This document shows, one piece after another, positions 9,074-18,371 of a stretch of DNA of 61,204 nucleotides. The DNA comes from Candidatus Dormiibacterota bacterium. Its GTDB lineage: Bacteria; Chloroflexota; Dormibacteria; DASZGP01. The position numbers were made by a program, and so were the translations under genes. The stretch covers positions 1 to 61,204 of the forward strand of contig DASZHA010000040.1 of NCBI GenBank assembly GCA_035938265.1. Reading direction: 5' to 3'. The notes beneath the pieces were generated by a model. The model was not told where the DNA came from. It saw nothing but the letters and a program-made list of their open reading frames with translations, and did not search any database. Within the stretch, counting starts at the first letter, position 1; every line of letters starts with the position of its first letter.

Positions 9074-10150
9074 TTGAGGCTGGCGCTGGAAGCCAGGACG
9101 CTGGGCATGGCCGGGATCGGTCGCTTCACCGAGGGCCTCTGGGGTGGGTTGGTGGAGACCGGGCTCGACGTGGTTGGGCTCACCGGGACCGGGAGCGATG
9201 ACTGGCGACGGGTCGAGGGCGGGTTCCCGGGGTCGGTGGTGCCGGTCAACGCCCGGCTCTTTGGGGTCGCCGAGCAGGTGGCGGTTCCCCGCGCCATCCG
9301 CCGGGCCGCCGCGGACATCTACCACTCCACCCACCTCACGGTCCCCTACCTCGATCGCCACCCCGTGGTTCTGACCGTCCACGACCTGTTCCCTGTGAAG
9401 TGGCCGCGCCACGCTCGGTCGCGCGCGGCCGCCCTTTACTACCGGGCGATGTTCCCCGCCGCCATGAGACGGGCGGCGGCCGTCGTCGCCGTGTCCCCTT
9501 ACACCGCCCGCATGATCCAGGAGGTCCTGCCCATCTCAGAGGCCAAGCTCCACGTGGTCGGGCACGCGGTCGACCACCGTCGATGGAGCCCGGCGACCCA
9601 GGAGGAGGTCGCGCCCGCACTCGCGGAGCTGGGCCTGACCGAGCCCTACCTGCTCTACTCAGGCACCGCCAAATGGCACAAGAACCTGGTCACCTTAATT
9701 GACGCCTACGGGCCGGATCTCCCCCCCTTGGTGCTGGCCGGCCCCACCCTTGAGGAGCTGCGGCAGGCCGCGCCGAAGAGCGCCTCCATGCCGAACGTCA
9801 TCCCCATCGGCAGGGTCGACGACGGCCCCCTCCGGCTCCTCTACGCCGGCGCCGAGGCGTTGGTCCTGCCATCGCTCCACGAGTCGTATGCCTTCAGCGC
9901 GGTGGAGGCCATGGCCTGCCGAACCGCGGTGGTCTGCAGCTCAGGAGGCTGCCTGCCGGAAACCGTGGGCGGCGCCGGGCTGATGCTGCCGGCAGAGGAC
10001 GTAGGTGCCTGGCGTGAAGGTTTGCGACGGATCGTCAGCGATGACGCCCTGAGGGCGTCGCTGGCGGAGGCCGGCCGCGAACGGGTCGCCGCTCGAACCT
10101 GGCGGCATGTCGCAGAGGAATACCGCCTGGTTTACCGCCTGCTGGACTGA
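9074..10150 (+). CDS. Glycosyltransferase family 4
   Basis: LTVHDLFP...LVLPSLHESYAFSAVEAMACRTAVVCSSGGCLPETVG. Confidence 0.9.
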   Translation: MRLALEARTLGMAGIGRFTEGLWGGLVETGLDVVGLTGTGSDDWRRVEGGFPGSVVPVNARLFGVAEQVAVPRAIRRAAADIYHSTHLTVPYLDRHPVVLTVHDLFPVKWPRHARSRAAALYYRAMFPAAMRRAAAVVAVSPYTARMIQEVLPISEAKLHVVGHAVDHRRWSPATQEEVAPALAELGLTEPYLLYSGTAKWHKNLVTLIDAYGPDLPPLVLAGPTLEELRQAAPKSASMPNVIPIGRVDDGPLRLLYAGAEALVLPSLHESYAFSAVEAMACRTAVVCSSGGCLPETVGGAGLMLPAEDVGAWREGLRRIVSDDALRASLAEAGRERVAARTWRHVAEEYRLVYRLLD

Positions 10151-10188
10151 GGCCGGGACAGTATCCGGTGCCCCGGAGGATCAGCGGC

Positions 10189-11685
10189 TCAGCCGGGCGC
10201 CTCCGGTGAATTCTCAGCTCGGGGTGGGGGGGGACCCTCTACCGCGGTCTTCCAGCCTCGCCGCGGCGGCTTCTCGGTTGGCTCGGTTCCGTAGTAGTAA
10301 TAGAAGTACGAGTCTGCCCGGTTGGCCTTGTTGAGCACGACGCCAAGGATGTTGGCGCCAACCGCCTCCAGGGTGGCCAGCGCCCTCTCGATCTTCGGAA
10401 TCGGAGTGCCGCCCTGCTCGATCACCAAGATCACCCCGTCGACCAGCGCGCCCAGCACCGTGGCATCGGTCACCGCCCCAACCGGCGGCGAGTCCACGAT
10501 CACGTAGTCGGCCACCGCCGCAAGGCCGTCCAGGGCACGCTTCATCAGCTCCGAGCCGACCAGCTCCGCGGGGTTGGGCGGCCGGGTACCGCTGGTGAGC
10601 AGCATCAGGTTGGGGGCAACCTGGTGTGCGAAGTTATCCAGGTCCTTGTCACCGTGGAGCAGAAAGTCCCCCAGGCCGGGTCGGTCGGGCCGCTCGAGGA
10701 CGCGGTGCATGGCGGGTCTGCGGAAGTCGGCGTCGACCAGGATCACCTTGCTCCCGCCCTGCGCCAGGACCAGGGCGAGGTTGGTGGCGGTCGTGGTCTT
10801 GCCCTCGTTGGGGGCGGTTGAGGTGACCAACAGCGTCTTCAGGTCCGTGTCGAGGGTGCTGAAGAGGACGCCGGTGCGCAGGGCGCGGTACTGCTCCGAG
10901 AGGGCGTCCTGGAGGTGGTTGCTGGCCACGGTCTCGACGGCGTCGGCCTGACCCTTCGCCGCTGGACGGCGGGCTACGCTGACAAGCACCGGGAGGTCGA
11001 GGCGGGTTCGCACGGTGACTTCGTCCTTGATCGTGTTGTCAAGGCGTTCGAGGACAAATGCGACCACCACGGCGGCGACCAGACCAGCGCCCAGCGCGAT
11101 CAGCACGTTACGCACGATGTCTGGCTTGACCGGCGCGAGGGGCGCGTCCGCGGGCACCTCCCACGCCACCAACGAGTCGAGGTGGCTCTGCTGGCTGACT
11201 CCAACGTTCTGCTGCAGCTGGTCGAGGGCGGCATTGAAGGCCGGAATCACCTGTTTACCGATCGCCAGGGCGACCCCGGGGTCTCGGTCAGACGCCGCAA
11301 TCGCGATCAAGGTGGTGTTGGGTTGCCGGATGGCGAAGAGCTCACCGGTAAGCTCGCCCGGGGTGCGAGGGATACCCGACGCCGCCAGTCGCTCGCGGAC
11401 CGGGGCCGTGTTCACGAGGGCGATATACGTCTGTACCAGGTTGTCGATGCCAGGAAGCTGGTTGGGATCAACCGGGGTGGTTCCCCCGCTGGGGGGAATG
11501 ACCTGCTTGGGACTGACGAGGGCGACGGCGGTGACCTGGTACGTCTTGGGCAGTTGGAGGCTGACCAACAGCGAGGTCACACTGCAGATGGCCGTGATCG
11601 CCAGCAGCAGCCAGCGCCAGCGCCACAGGGTACGCGGGTACTGGGTCAGCGGGGACGGCGTGCTCGGCGACCGATTGCTACTCAA
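10189..11685 (-). CDS. Polysaccharide co-polymerase (Wzz domain) fused to BY-kinase (Wzc/CapAB-like tyrosine autokinase)
   Basis: N-terminal TM plus Wzz-like region. Walker A TSTAPNEGKTTTATNLA, Walker A' VILVDADFRRP, Walker B VIVDSPP, and a C-terminal tyrosine cluster SYFYYYYG. Confidence 0.9.
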   Translation of the reverse strand: MSSNRSPSTPSPLTQYPRTLWRWRWLLLAITAICSVTSLLVSLQLPKTYQVTAVALVSPKQVIPPSGGTTPVDPNQLPGIDNLVQTYIALVNTAPVRERLAASGIPRTPGELTGELFAIRQPNTTLIAIAASDRDPGVALAIGKQVIPAFNAALDQLQQNVGVSQQSHLDSLVAWEVPADAPLAPVKPDIVRNVLIALGAGLVAAVVVAFVLERLDNTIKDEVTVRTRLDLPVLVSVARRPAAKGQADAVETVASNHLQDALSEQYRALRTGVLFSTLDTDLKTLLVTSTAPNEGKTTTATNLALVLAQGGSKVILVDADFRRPAMHRVLERPDRPGLGDFLLHGDKDLDNFAHQVAPNLMLLTSGTRPPNPAELVGSELMKRALDGLAAVADYVIVDSPPVGAVTDATVLGALVDGVILVIEQGGTPIPKIERALATLEAVGANILGVVLNKANRADSYFYYYYGTEPTEKPPRRGWKTAVEGPPPPRAENSPEAPG

Positions 11686-11876
11686 GGTCCAACCGTTACG
11701 GATACGTCCAGGCCATCTCGTGGTATCGCATCGACACCGGTCCGCGCATGGCCCGCCATTGCTGCAGACTCAACTCGCTCGTGCTTGATCTGACTACCGT
11801 ACTGGCCAACACGGGTCATAGTCAACGCAAGTTCAAATTGCTAGTGCGGGCTCCGTTTCCAGCCTAAACTTATCGC

Positions 11877-13856
11877 GTGCCCTCGGTAGCGGTGATCCTG
11901 ACTGCGCTGGGTGGTGCCGTCGTGATCGCTGTCGTGCTCTTCGCCGAGCTCAGACGCACCGGTATCTGGGCCAACATCACCCACTCCCAGGACCTGCCGG
12001 ATCCGACACGGCGGCGGGTGGTCAATCACCGGCGGCGGCGTGTCAGGTGGGCGGTGACGATTCCTGCCGGGCTGGTCGGGGCGGCGCTCTTGTTCGAGGT
12101 CGTGACCGCGGTTGCCGGCGCCTTCCAGGTCGTCGAGGCCAGCGCCCGGCTGCAGGACGCCGTGGCGGCCCTGGGCACCAACCCCGACCAGTGGACGTCC
12201 GATCGGATAACCTCCGCCGCGGCCTTGCAACAGGAGGCCGGCAACTCGGCCGCGCAGGGTGACAGTGGGCTCCGCAGCAACCTGCTGGTTGGCGCGGCCG
12301 CCAATGTCCCCCTTCTGAGAGACCAGGTCCGTCCCCTGCTCAGCCTGTCGGGCGCCATCAACGCGGCGGCCCAGTCTGATGCCGACCTCATCCAGATCGC
12401 GCGGGTCGTGGACCAGAGCCGGGGCTCCGCCGATCCCACCGGGATCCGGCTGCTCAAGCTCCTGGGGGACACCCAGTCATCCTGGGTGCACGCGGACAGC
12501 AATCTCGGCCCGGCTCTCGATCGACTGCGGAGAGATGGATCGAGCCCGGCCACCGCCCCGGCGATCACCGCCCTGACCAAGCAGGCAACCGACCTACTCC
12601 AACCGCTGGCAACCGAGGCTCGAATCGGAGTCGCGGCGTCCCAGTTCGGCCCGACGGCGTTAGGCGGCAGCGGCCCTCAGAGTTACCTTGTCCTGCTGCC
12701 CAACCCGTCAGAACAGCGGCCCGCCGGCGGTTTCTCCGGTGCCGTTGGCACGGTGGTCATGGATGCCGGCGCACCGGTCGTCGTCGACGTCAAGAAGCAG
12801 GAGGACTTCAACCCCCAGATCACGAAGCCGGTGGCGGTGCCCACCCCACTCGATCGGTACCTGAAGTTCTACAAGAATTCGCTCGAGCTGGGCGATGCCG
12901 GGTGGGACCCCGACTTTCCCTCCACCGCCGCCGTCAGCGAGCAGCTCTACACCTCAGCCACCAATCGAAGCGTCAGCGGCACGATTTCAGTCGACCCCTA
13001 CGCGCTGTCGGCGCTGCTCGGGGTGACGGGCCCCGTCGATGTTCCGGGGTACGGGAGCTTCGACGACGCCACCCTCTTCCCCAAGCTCAACTACATCGTC
13101 AACGTGAGCACGGCTCCGGGGTCCGGGAAGGGCGCGCTTGGTCCAATCTCGCAGGCCATCCTGCGCAAGATCCTGAGCGAGCCCGCGGGCACCTGGCCCC
13201 GGATCTTCAACGTCCTGCAGCAGCAGGCCGACCAGCGCCACATCCAGGCCCAGTTCCACGACCAGGCCCTCAGCGCCGCGGCGGCGCAGGTCCACTACAA
13301 CGGCGCCGTCCTGGGACAGGACCAGGACTACCTGATGGTTTGCGACGCCAACGTGGGCGCCACCAAGGGCGACTTCTTCGTCAAGAAGTCGATCGACGTC
13401 AGGAGCGAGGTGCCCGGCACCGGCATCGTCCGCCACCAGGTGACGGTGGACTACAAGATGCCGACGGCGCTCGACGCCATTGATCGCGCTCTCAATCCCG
13501 GTGACGGCAGCTACCGAGACTACGTTCGGTTCTACATCCCGGAGACCGCCAACGTCGCGGCACTGACGGAGACCATCGACGGCCAGCCCGCCCACGGGGG
13601 GATCGATGCCCTGACCATGACCCACGGCCGGCAGTCAGTCGGCGCCTACTTCCGGGTCCCCCGCGGCCACCGGGTAAGCCTCACTCTGTCGTATCTGGTA
13701 CCCGTGCAGACGGGCTCCTCCTACTCGTTCCGGCTGCAGAAGCAGGCCGGTGTCGACTCCCTCCCGACGCACGTCGTGGTCAGCTACCCGGGGGGCCAGG
13801 CCAACGAGACGTCCCAGCTGCCGCAGGACATGCTGGTGTCGGTGCAGTGGCCGTAG
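11877..13856 (+). CDS. DUF4012 domain-containing envelope protein (single N-terminal TM)
   Basis: 659 aa with an N-terminal TM helix and large extracytoplasmic region. RPAGGFSGAVGTVVMDAGAPVVVDVKKQEDFN resembles the DUF4012 core. Sits in the polysaccharide locus next to a sortase. Confidence 0.6.
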   Translation: MPSVAVILTALGGAVVIAVVLFAELRRTGIWANITHSQDLPDPTRRRVVNHRRRRVRWAVTIPAGLVGAALLFEVVTAVAGAFQVVEASARLQDAVAALGTNPDQWTSDRITSAAALQQEAGNSAAQGDSGLRSNLLVGAAANVPLLRDQVRPLLSLSGAINAAAQSDADLIQIARVVDQSRGSADPTGIRLLKLLGDTQSSWVHADSNLGPALDRLRRDGSSPATAPAITALTKQATDLLQPLATEARIGVAASQFGPTALGGSGPQSYLVLLPNPSEQRPAGGFSGAVGTVVMDAGAPVVVDVKKQEDFNPQITKPVAVPTPLDRYLKFYKNSLELGDAGWDPDFPSTAAVSEQLYTSATNRSVSGTISVDPYALSALLGVTGPVDVPGYGSFDDATLFPKLNYIVNVSTAPGSGKGALGPISQAILRKILSEPAGTWPRIFNVLQQQADQRHIQAQFHDQALSAAAAQVHYNGAVLGQDQDYLMVCDANVGATKGDFFVKKSIDVRSEVPGTGIVRHQVTVDYKMPTALDAIDRALNPGDGSYRDYVRFYIPETANVAALTETIDGQPAHGGIDALTMTHGRQSVGAYFRVPRGHRVSLTLSYLVPVQTGSSYSFRLQKQAGVDSLPTHVVVSYPGGQANETSQLPQDMLVSVQWP

Positions 13857-14452
13857 CCTCGCATAAGGAACGGCGCCTCGTCACTCGGCGCCGGGTCATT
13901 GTCGCGATTGTCATCCTCATCCTGCTGCTGCTGGCGGGCCTTTTCCTGCTGCTGCCGCCGAAGCCGCCACCGCCGCCCGCCGCCCGGATCATCGACCCCT
14001 CGGCGTTCCCCTCCGACTCCAGCGCGGACGTCGGCATGCGCGTCAAGGAGCAGGAGCTCGGCATCAGCCTGCCGGTTGTGGAGGGTGACGGCTGGACCGT
14101 GCCCCTGTTCAAGGCGGCGCACTACCCCGGCATGAAGCTCCCCGGCCAGGGCGGGCGCTCGATGCTCTACGCCCACGCTCAGAGCGGCATGTTCGGGCCC
14201 CTGCTGGCGCCCGGCGCCAAGGTCGGCCAGCACGTGGAGGTCGATCGACAGGGCCAGCCGGCACTCAAATATTTGGTCAGCCAGGTCTTCCCCAAGTGGG
14301 CGCCCAGTGACCTGCGCTGGGTCCAGCCCGGAGACCACGAGCAGCTGGTGCTGCTGACATGCACCAGCTATAACGCGAACGATCCCCGGGTCATCGTGGT
14401 GGCCGAGCCGGACCGCTCGGCCATGGCGTCAGGCGGCTCGGCGACCCCGTAG
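13847..14452 (+). CDS. Sortase-family transpeptidase
   Basis: N-terminal TM anchor, His region MLYAHAQSGMFGPL, Cys motif LVLLTCTSY (TLxTC-like), and downstream Arg (DPRVIVVAEP). Confidence 0.75.
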   Translation: MAVASHKERRLVTRRRVIVAIVILILLLLAGLFLLLPPKPPPPPAARIIDPSAFPSDSSADVGMRVKEQELGISLPVVEGDGWTVPLFKAAHYPGMKLPGQGGRSMLYAHAQSGMFGPLLAPGAKVGQHVEVDRQGQPALKYLVSQVFPKWAPSDLRWVQPGDHEQLVLLTCTSYNANDPRVIVVAEPDRSAMASGGSATP

Positions 14453-14965
14453 GAAGAGCGTCACCGCGCCTGCCGCTGCCAGGGCCAGGCCCAGGGCGGA
14501 GGCGGCCAGTGGACCGATCGGCTCTGGGTCGGGGGTGGTGGCGGCCGCCGCGGAGGTAAACGGAAGGCAGCCGTTCTCCCGAACCGTGGTTGTCACAACG
14601 ACGCTGACGCTGGCCGCCGATGCCTGGATGGTGTATTGGCAGGGGCAGTTCAAGGGCAGGGTCACCGTGGTCTGGGCCTGGCCGCTGGCGTCGGTGACGG
14701 CCTGCGGCGGGTTGAACACCAGGTGGCAGTTCGCCGGGCCGTCGGTCTGGGTGAAAGCGAACAGGACGCCGCTCACGGGGTTGCCGTTGCAGTCGGTGAC
14801 CGTAACGGTAACGCCCACCGTGGTGCCACCGTTACCGACGGTGGGGTCGGCGGTGATGGTGGCCGTGGGGCAGTTCTGGCCTACGTAGGCAAGCGCCGGC
14901 TGGGGCCCCAGCGCCGGCAGGCACAGCGCCGCAAAAGCGACGATTCCCGCCAGTGATCGTCTCAT
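14429..14965 (-). CDS. Secreted bacterial Ig-like (Big_1-type) domain protein with C-terminal sorting-signal-like tail
   Basis: Signal peptide MRRSLAGIVAFAALCLPALGPQPALA. Ig-like repeat VTVTDCNGNPVSGVLFAFT...VTDASGQAQTTVT. C-terminus LPFTSAAAATTPDPEPIGP, then a 20-aa hydrophobic stretch, then RGRRAA. Converges on and overlaps the sortase gene by 24 nt. Confidence 0.7.
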   Translation of the reverse strand: MRRSLAGIVAFAALCLPALGPQPALAYVGQNCPTATITADPTVGNGGTTVGVTVTVTDCNGNPVSGVLFAFTQTDGPANCHLVFNPPQAVTDASGQAQTTVTLPLNCPCQYTIQASAASVSVVVTTTVRENGCLPFTSAAAATTPDPEPIGPLAASALGLALAAAGAVTLFLRGRRAA

Positions 14966-15134
14966 TTAATTGAACGCCTCTGTGCCGCGAAGTCTATGAC
15001 AATATCAACGTAGCACACCGAGGGCCCTATGCCGATAGGTGTAACCCCCATGTAACACCCCCCCCTCGAATCGGCCTGGGCTCAGACAGCCATGCCCCGA
15101 CCGCCGCGGAGGCGGGCTGCTGTTATGCCGCGTG

Positions 15135-16586
15135 TTACGACCGCCAGGTCAGTTTTGGCTGACGGGCCGCCTTCACCTCGTCCAGCCGACCCACCGGGGT
15201 CGTGTGGGGCGCATGCTTGACCATCTCCGGGTCGGTCTGCACCTCCTCCCATATCCGCGCCATCGCGTCGACGAATGCATCGAGGGTCTCCTTCGACTCG
15301 GTCTCCGTGGGCTCCACCATCAGCGCCTCGGGGACCGTCAGGGGGAAGCTGACGGTGGGCGCGTAGAAGCCGTAGTCGAGCAGCCGCTTGGCGATGTCGA
15401 TGTTGTTGACCCCGAGCTGCTTTGCCTTCCTGGTGGTGAGCACGAACTCGTGCAGGCTCGGCTCCGGTGAGGCGACGTCGAAGATCCGTCCCAGCCGCGA
15501 CTTGAGGTAGTTGGCGTTGAGCACCGCGTCCATAGCCACCTGGCGCAGGCCGGCGCCGCCGTAGGCGCGGGCGTAGGCGTAGGCCTTGACCAGGACGGCG
15601 AAGTTGCCGAAGAAGCTCCGCACCTTGCCGATGCTCTGGGGCCGGTGCCAGTCGAGCTCGTAGGTATCGTCATCACGCCTTTCGACGACCGGCACCGGCA
15701 GATATTTGGCCAGCCGCTGCTTGACGCCACAGGGCCCGGCCCCCGGTCCGCCGCCGCCGTGGGGCGTCGAGAAGGTCTTGTGCAGGTTGAGGTGGACGAC
15801 GTCGAAGCCCATGTCGCCAGGCCGGGCCGCCCCCAGCAGGGCGTTGAGATTGGCGCCGTCGTAGTAAAGCAGCGCTCCGGCTTCGTGGGCCATCCTCGCC
15901 AGGGCACTGATGTCGCGCTCGAACAGCCCCAGGGTGTTGGGGTTGGTCAGCATGATCGCCGCCACGTGCGGGCCGAGCTTGGACCGGTAGTCATCGAGGT
16001 CGACGAGGCCCGCGGCGGTCGACTTGACGGTGACCGCCTTGAGCCCAGCCAGGGTGGCCGACGCAGGGTTGGTCCCATGGGCGGAGTCGGGCACCAGCAC
16101 GGTGTCGCGGGTATCACCCTCGCCGTTGTCACGGTGGAAGGCCTGTATTACCCGCAGACCGGTCCACTCGCCGTGGGCGCCGGCGGCCGGCTGCAGGCTG
16201 ATGCGATCCATCCCGGTGATCTCGATCAGCCACTGCTCCAACTCCCAGATCAGGCGGAGCGCGCCCTGCACCGTCTCCTGCGGCTGGTAGGGATGGATCC
16301 CGGCGAAGCCATCCAGGCGGGCGATCACCTCGTTCACCGCGGGGTTGTACTTCATGGTGCAGCTGCCCAGCGGGTACAGGCCCTCCTGCAGCGAGAAGGT
16401 TCGCCGCGCCAGCCGGCCGAAGTGGCGCAGCACCTCGGGCTCGCTGGTGGTGGGCAGGGTGAAGGGCCTGTGGCGGCGGAGGGGGTCCGGGACCAGGTCG
16501 TCGAAGTCGCGCGCCGGCACACCCGCGTCGGGCAGTTGGGGCCCGGCGTGGGGGTTGTGACGCAGCTCGTTGATGAGCGCCTCCAT
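15135..16586 (-). CDS. gcvPB: Glycine dehydrogenase (decarboxylating) subunit 2
   Basis: Track ORF 15135..17072. GLYPLGSCTMKYNP and HLNLHKTFSTPHGGGGPG (PLP lysine region). ATG 16586 gives about 484 aa, the normal GcvPB length. An alternative GTG at 16763 adds a 59-aa T/A/P/G-rich extension. Codons upstream of 16763 overlap gcvPA. Confidence 0.9.
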   Translation of the reverse strand: MEALINELRHNPHAGPQLPDAGVPARDFDDLVPDPLRRHRPFTLPTTSEPEVLRHFGRLARRTFSLQEGLYPLGSCTMKYNPAVNEVIARLDGFAGIHPYQPQETVQGALRLIWELEQWLIEITGMDRISLQPAAGAHGEWTGLRVIQAFHRDNGEGDTRDTVLVPDSAHGTNPASATLAGLKAVTVKSTAAGLVDLDDYRSKLGPHVAAIMLTNPNTLGLFERDISALARMAHEAGALLYYDGANLNALLGAARPGDMGFDVVHLNLHKTFSTPHGGGGPGAGPCGVKQRLAKYLPVPVVERRDDDTYELDWHRPQSIGKVRSFFGNFAVLVKAYAYARAYGGAGLRQVAMDAVLNANYLKSRLGRIFDVASPEPSLHEFVLTTRKAKQLGVNNIDIAKRLLDYGFYAPTVSFPLTVPEALMVEPTETESKETLDAFVDAMARIWEEVQTDPEMVKHAPHTTPVGRLDEVKAARQPKLTWRS

Positions 16587-16776
16587 GCCGCGACCTGCCG
16601 GGCTCGCGCCTCCGCGGACCGGCTCTGCGGAGGTGGCCGCGGCGCCACCGGTTGATGCGACCGGGATGGCGTCGGCCGCCGGCGAGCCGGCGGCGACCGA
16701 GGTTGTTCCGTCCTCGGGCGGAGGGCTGGCGGTCGTCGTCGTCGCGCCCGCGTCTTCAGTCACGACACTGGCCGGC

Positions 16777-18126
16777 TCATGGCAGCGCCTCGACGAAGGC
16801 GTCCAGGGATGCGGGGCCGTTGGTCTCGGTGACGGCGACGAGGATGGTGTCGGCCAGCGCCGGGTCGCCGGGGCCGGCCTCCGGGGAGCCGCCCAGGTCG
16901 AGCCCGCCGATGATGTCGCGCTGGCGCAGGTGGGCCAGCACCTCGGCCGCGGGCTTGGGGCAGCGGAGGGCAAACTCCCAGAGGAAGGGCGCGTCGAAGG
17001 CCAGCTCATACCCCGGCCGCTGGGCCAGCCTCTCGGCCAGGTGGTGCGCCCGCTGGGCGCTGATCTCGGCAACTTTGCGCATCCCGGCGCCGCCCATGGT
17101 GGCCATGTAGGCAGTGGCGCCGAGCGCGATCAGGGCCTGGTTGGTGCAGATGTTGCTGCTGGCCGACTCGCGACGGATGTGCTGCTCGCGAGCCTGCAAT
17201 GTGAGGACGAAGCCACGGTTGCCGTCGGCGTCGGTGGTCTCGCCGACCAGCCGCCCGGGGACGCGGCGCAGCAGCTCCGGGGTGGCCGCCAGGTAGCCGC
17301 AGTAGGGCCCGCCGTACCACAGCGGGATGCCGAGCTGCTGGCACTCGCCGACGGCGATATCGGCGCCGTAGCCCCCAGGCGGCTCCAGCACCGCCAACGA
17401 CACGGGGTCGGCGGAGACGATGGCCAGGGCGCCGGCGGCGTGCGCCAGCTCGGTGAGGCCGGGCGCGTCCTCGAGCAGGCCGAAGTAGTTCGGCTGCTGC
17501 ATCACCAGGGCCGCGCTTCCCTCCAGCGCGGGGGCGAGCGCGTCGGCCGGCGCCAGGCCGCCGCCGTGGGGCACGTGCACCACCTCAAAGCCGCGGCCCT
17601 CGCCGTAGGTCCGCAGCACGGCCAGGTACTCGGGATGGATCGCGCCCGCCACGGCGATCTTCTGCCGGCCGCTGTGGACCACGGCCATCACCGCCGCCTC
17701 GGCCAGGGCGCTGGCGGCCTCGTACATCGAGGCGTTGGCGACCGCCATCCCGGTGAGCTCGGCGATCATCGACTGGAACTCGAAGATCGACTGCAGCCAG
17801 CCCTGGCTGGCCTCCGCCTGGTAGGGCGTGTAGGCGGTGAAGAACTCGGGCCGGCTGATCACCTGGGTCACCGCCGCGGGGATGAAGCGACGGTAGGCGC
17901 CGGCGCCGAGAAAGCTGTGGACCTGGCCCAGGTCACGGTTCTGGCGCGCCAGCCCGGCGAAGAATTCGACCAGCTCCGGCTCCGATAGGCCGTCGGGCAG
18001 GGCGAGCTCGTGCCTGAGCTCGGTCGGGACGGTGGCGAAGAGGTCCTCCTGGCTGGCGACACCGACCTCGGCGAGCATCGCCTCCCGGTCGGCGACCGAC
18101 AGCGGGAGGTAGCGGTGTTCGGTCAA
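16777..18126 (-). CDS. gcvPA: Glycine dehydrogenase (decarboxylating) subunit 1
   Basis: Track ORF 16777..18225. TTG at 18126 gives LTEHRYLPLSVADREAMLAEVGV, matching the usual GcvPA N-terminus (about 450 aa). Confidence 0.9.
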   Translation of the reverse strand: MTEHRYLPLSVADREAMLAEVGVASQEDLFATVPTELRHELALPDGLSEPELVEFFAGLARQNRDLGQVHSFLGAGAYRRFIPAAVTQVISRPEFFTAYTPYQAEASQGWLQSIFEFQSMIAELTGMAVANASMYEAASALAEAAVMAVVHSGRQKIAVAGAIHPEYLAVLRTYGEGRGFEVVHVPHGGGLAPADALAPALEGSAALVMQQPNYFGLLEDAPGLTELAHAAGALAIVSADPVSLAVLEPPGGYGADIAVGECQQLGIPLWYGGPYCGYLAATPELLRRVPGRLVGETTDADGNRGFVLTLQAREQHIRRESASSNICTNQALIALGATAYMATMGGAGMRKVAEISAQRAHHLAERLAQRPGYELAFDAPFLWEFALRCPKPAAEVLAHLRQRDIIGGLDLGGSPEAGPGDPALADTILVAVTETNGPASLDAFVEALP

Positions 18127-18371
18127 ACCACGACCACGACGCCCATGCCACCCGGCCACGGCGACCGCAGCGCCGACCAGGGCCTGGTGCCCCAGCGCAA
18201 CAGCGGGCCCTGCACCGCCGGCCACTCACACGGCATCTCCGCGGGCGTCCAGCCAGCGCGGCGTTGCGGCGCCACCGGCCAGGTGGCGCGGGGCCATCGG
18301 ACCGGCTCCCAGGCGGCGCGGTTCCAGCGCAGGCAGTCGGGCGCGGTGGCCACGAATCCTGTGGGTGCCAT
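18123..18371 (-). CDS. Candidate 82-aa Trp/Arg/Pro-rich small ORF filling the gcvH-gcvPA spacer (uncertain)
   Basis: The ATG overlaps the gcvH stop (TAATG) and the TGA overlaps the proposed gcvPA TTG start (TTGA). By my hand count about 88% GC3 in this frame. Trp recurs every 5 residues in the N-terminal half. The composition also resembles off-frame noise. Confidence 0.3.
   Translation of the reverse strand: MAPTGFVATAPDCLRWNRAAWEPVRWPRATWPVAPQRRAGWTPAEMPCEWPAVQGPLLRWGTRPWSALRSPWPGGMGVVVVV

Noticed and set aside
18127-18370. Possible glycine riboswitch in the gcvH-gcvPA spacer (also checked 19847-19856 and 20508-20591, upstream of gcvT and the sigma-like gene)
   Set aside because: I could not find the conserved glycine-aptamer cores (GGAGAG ... 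ACCGAAGGGGCAA ... CUCAGGCAAAAGGAC). Only loose resemblances such as CUGGGAG and CUGGCUGGAC are present. The gcvT upstream gap is only 10 nt. A covariance-model scan would be decisive.
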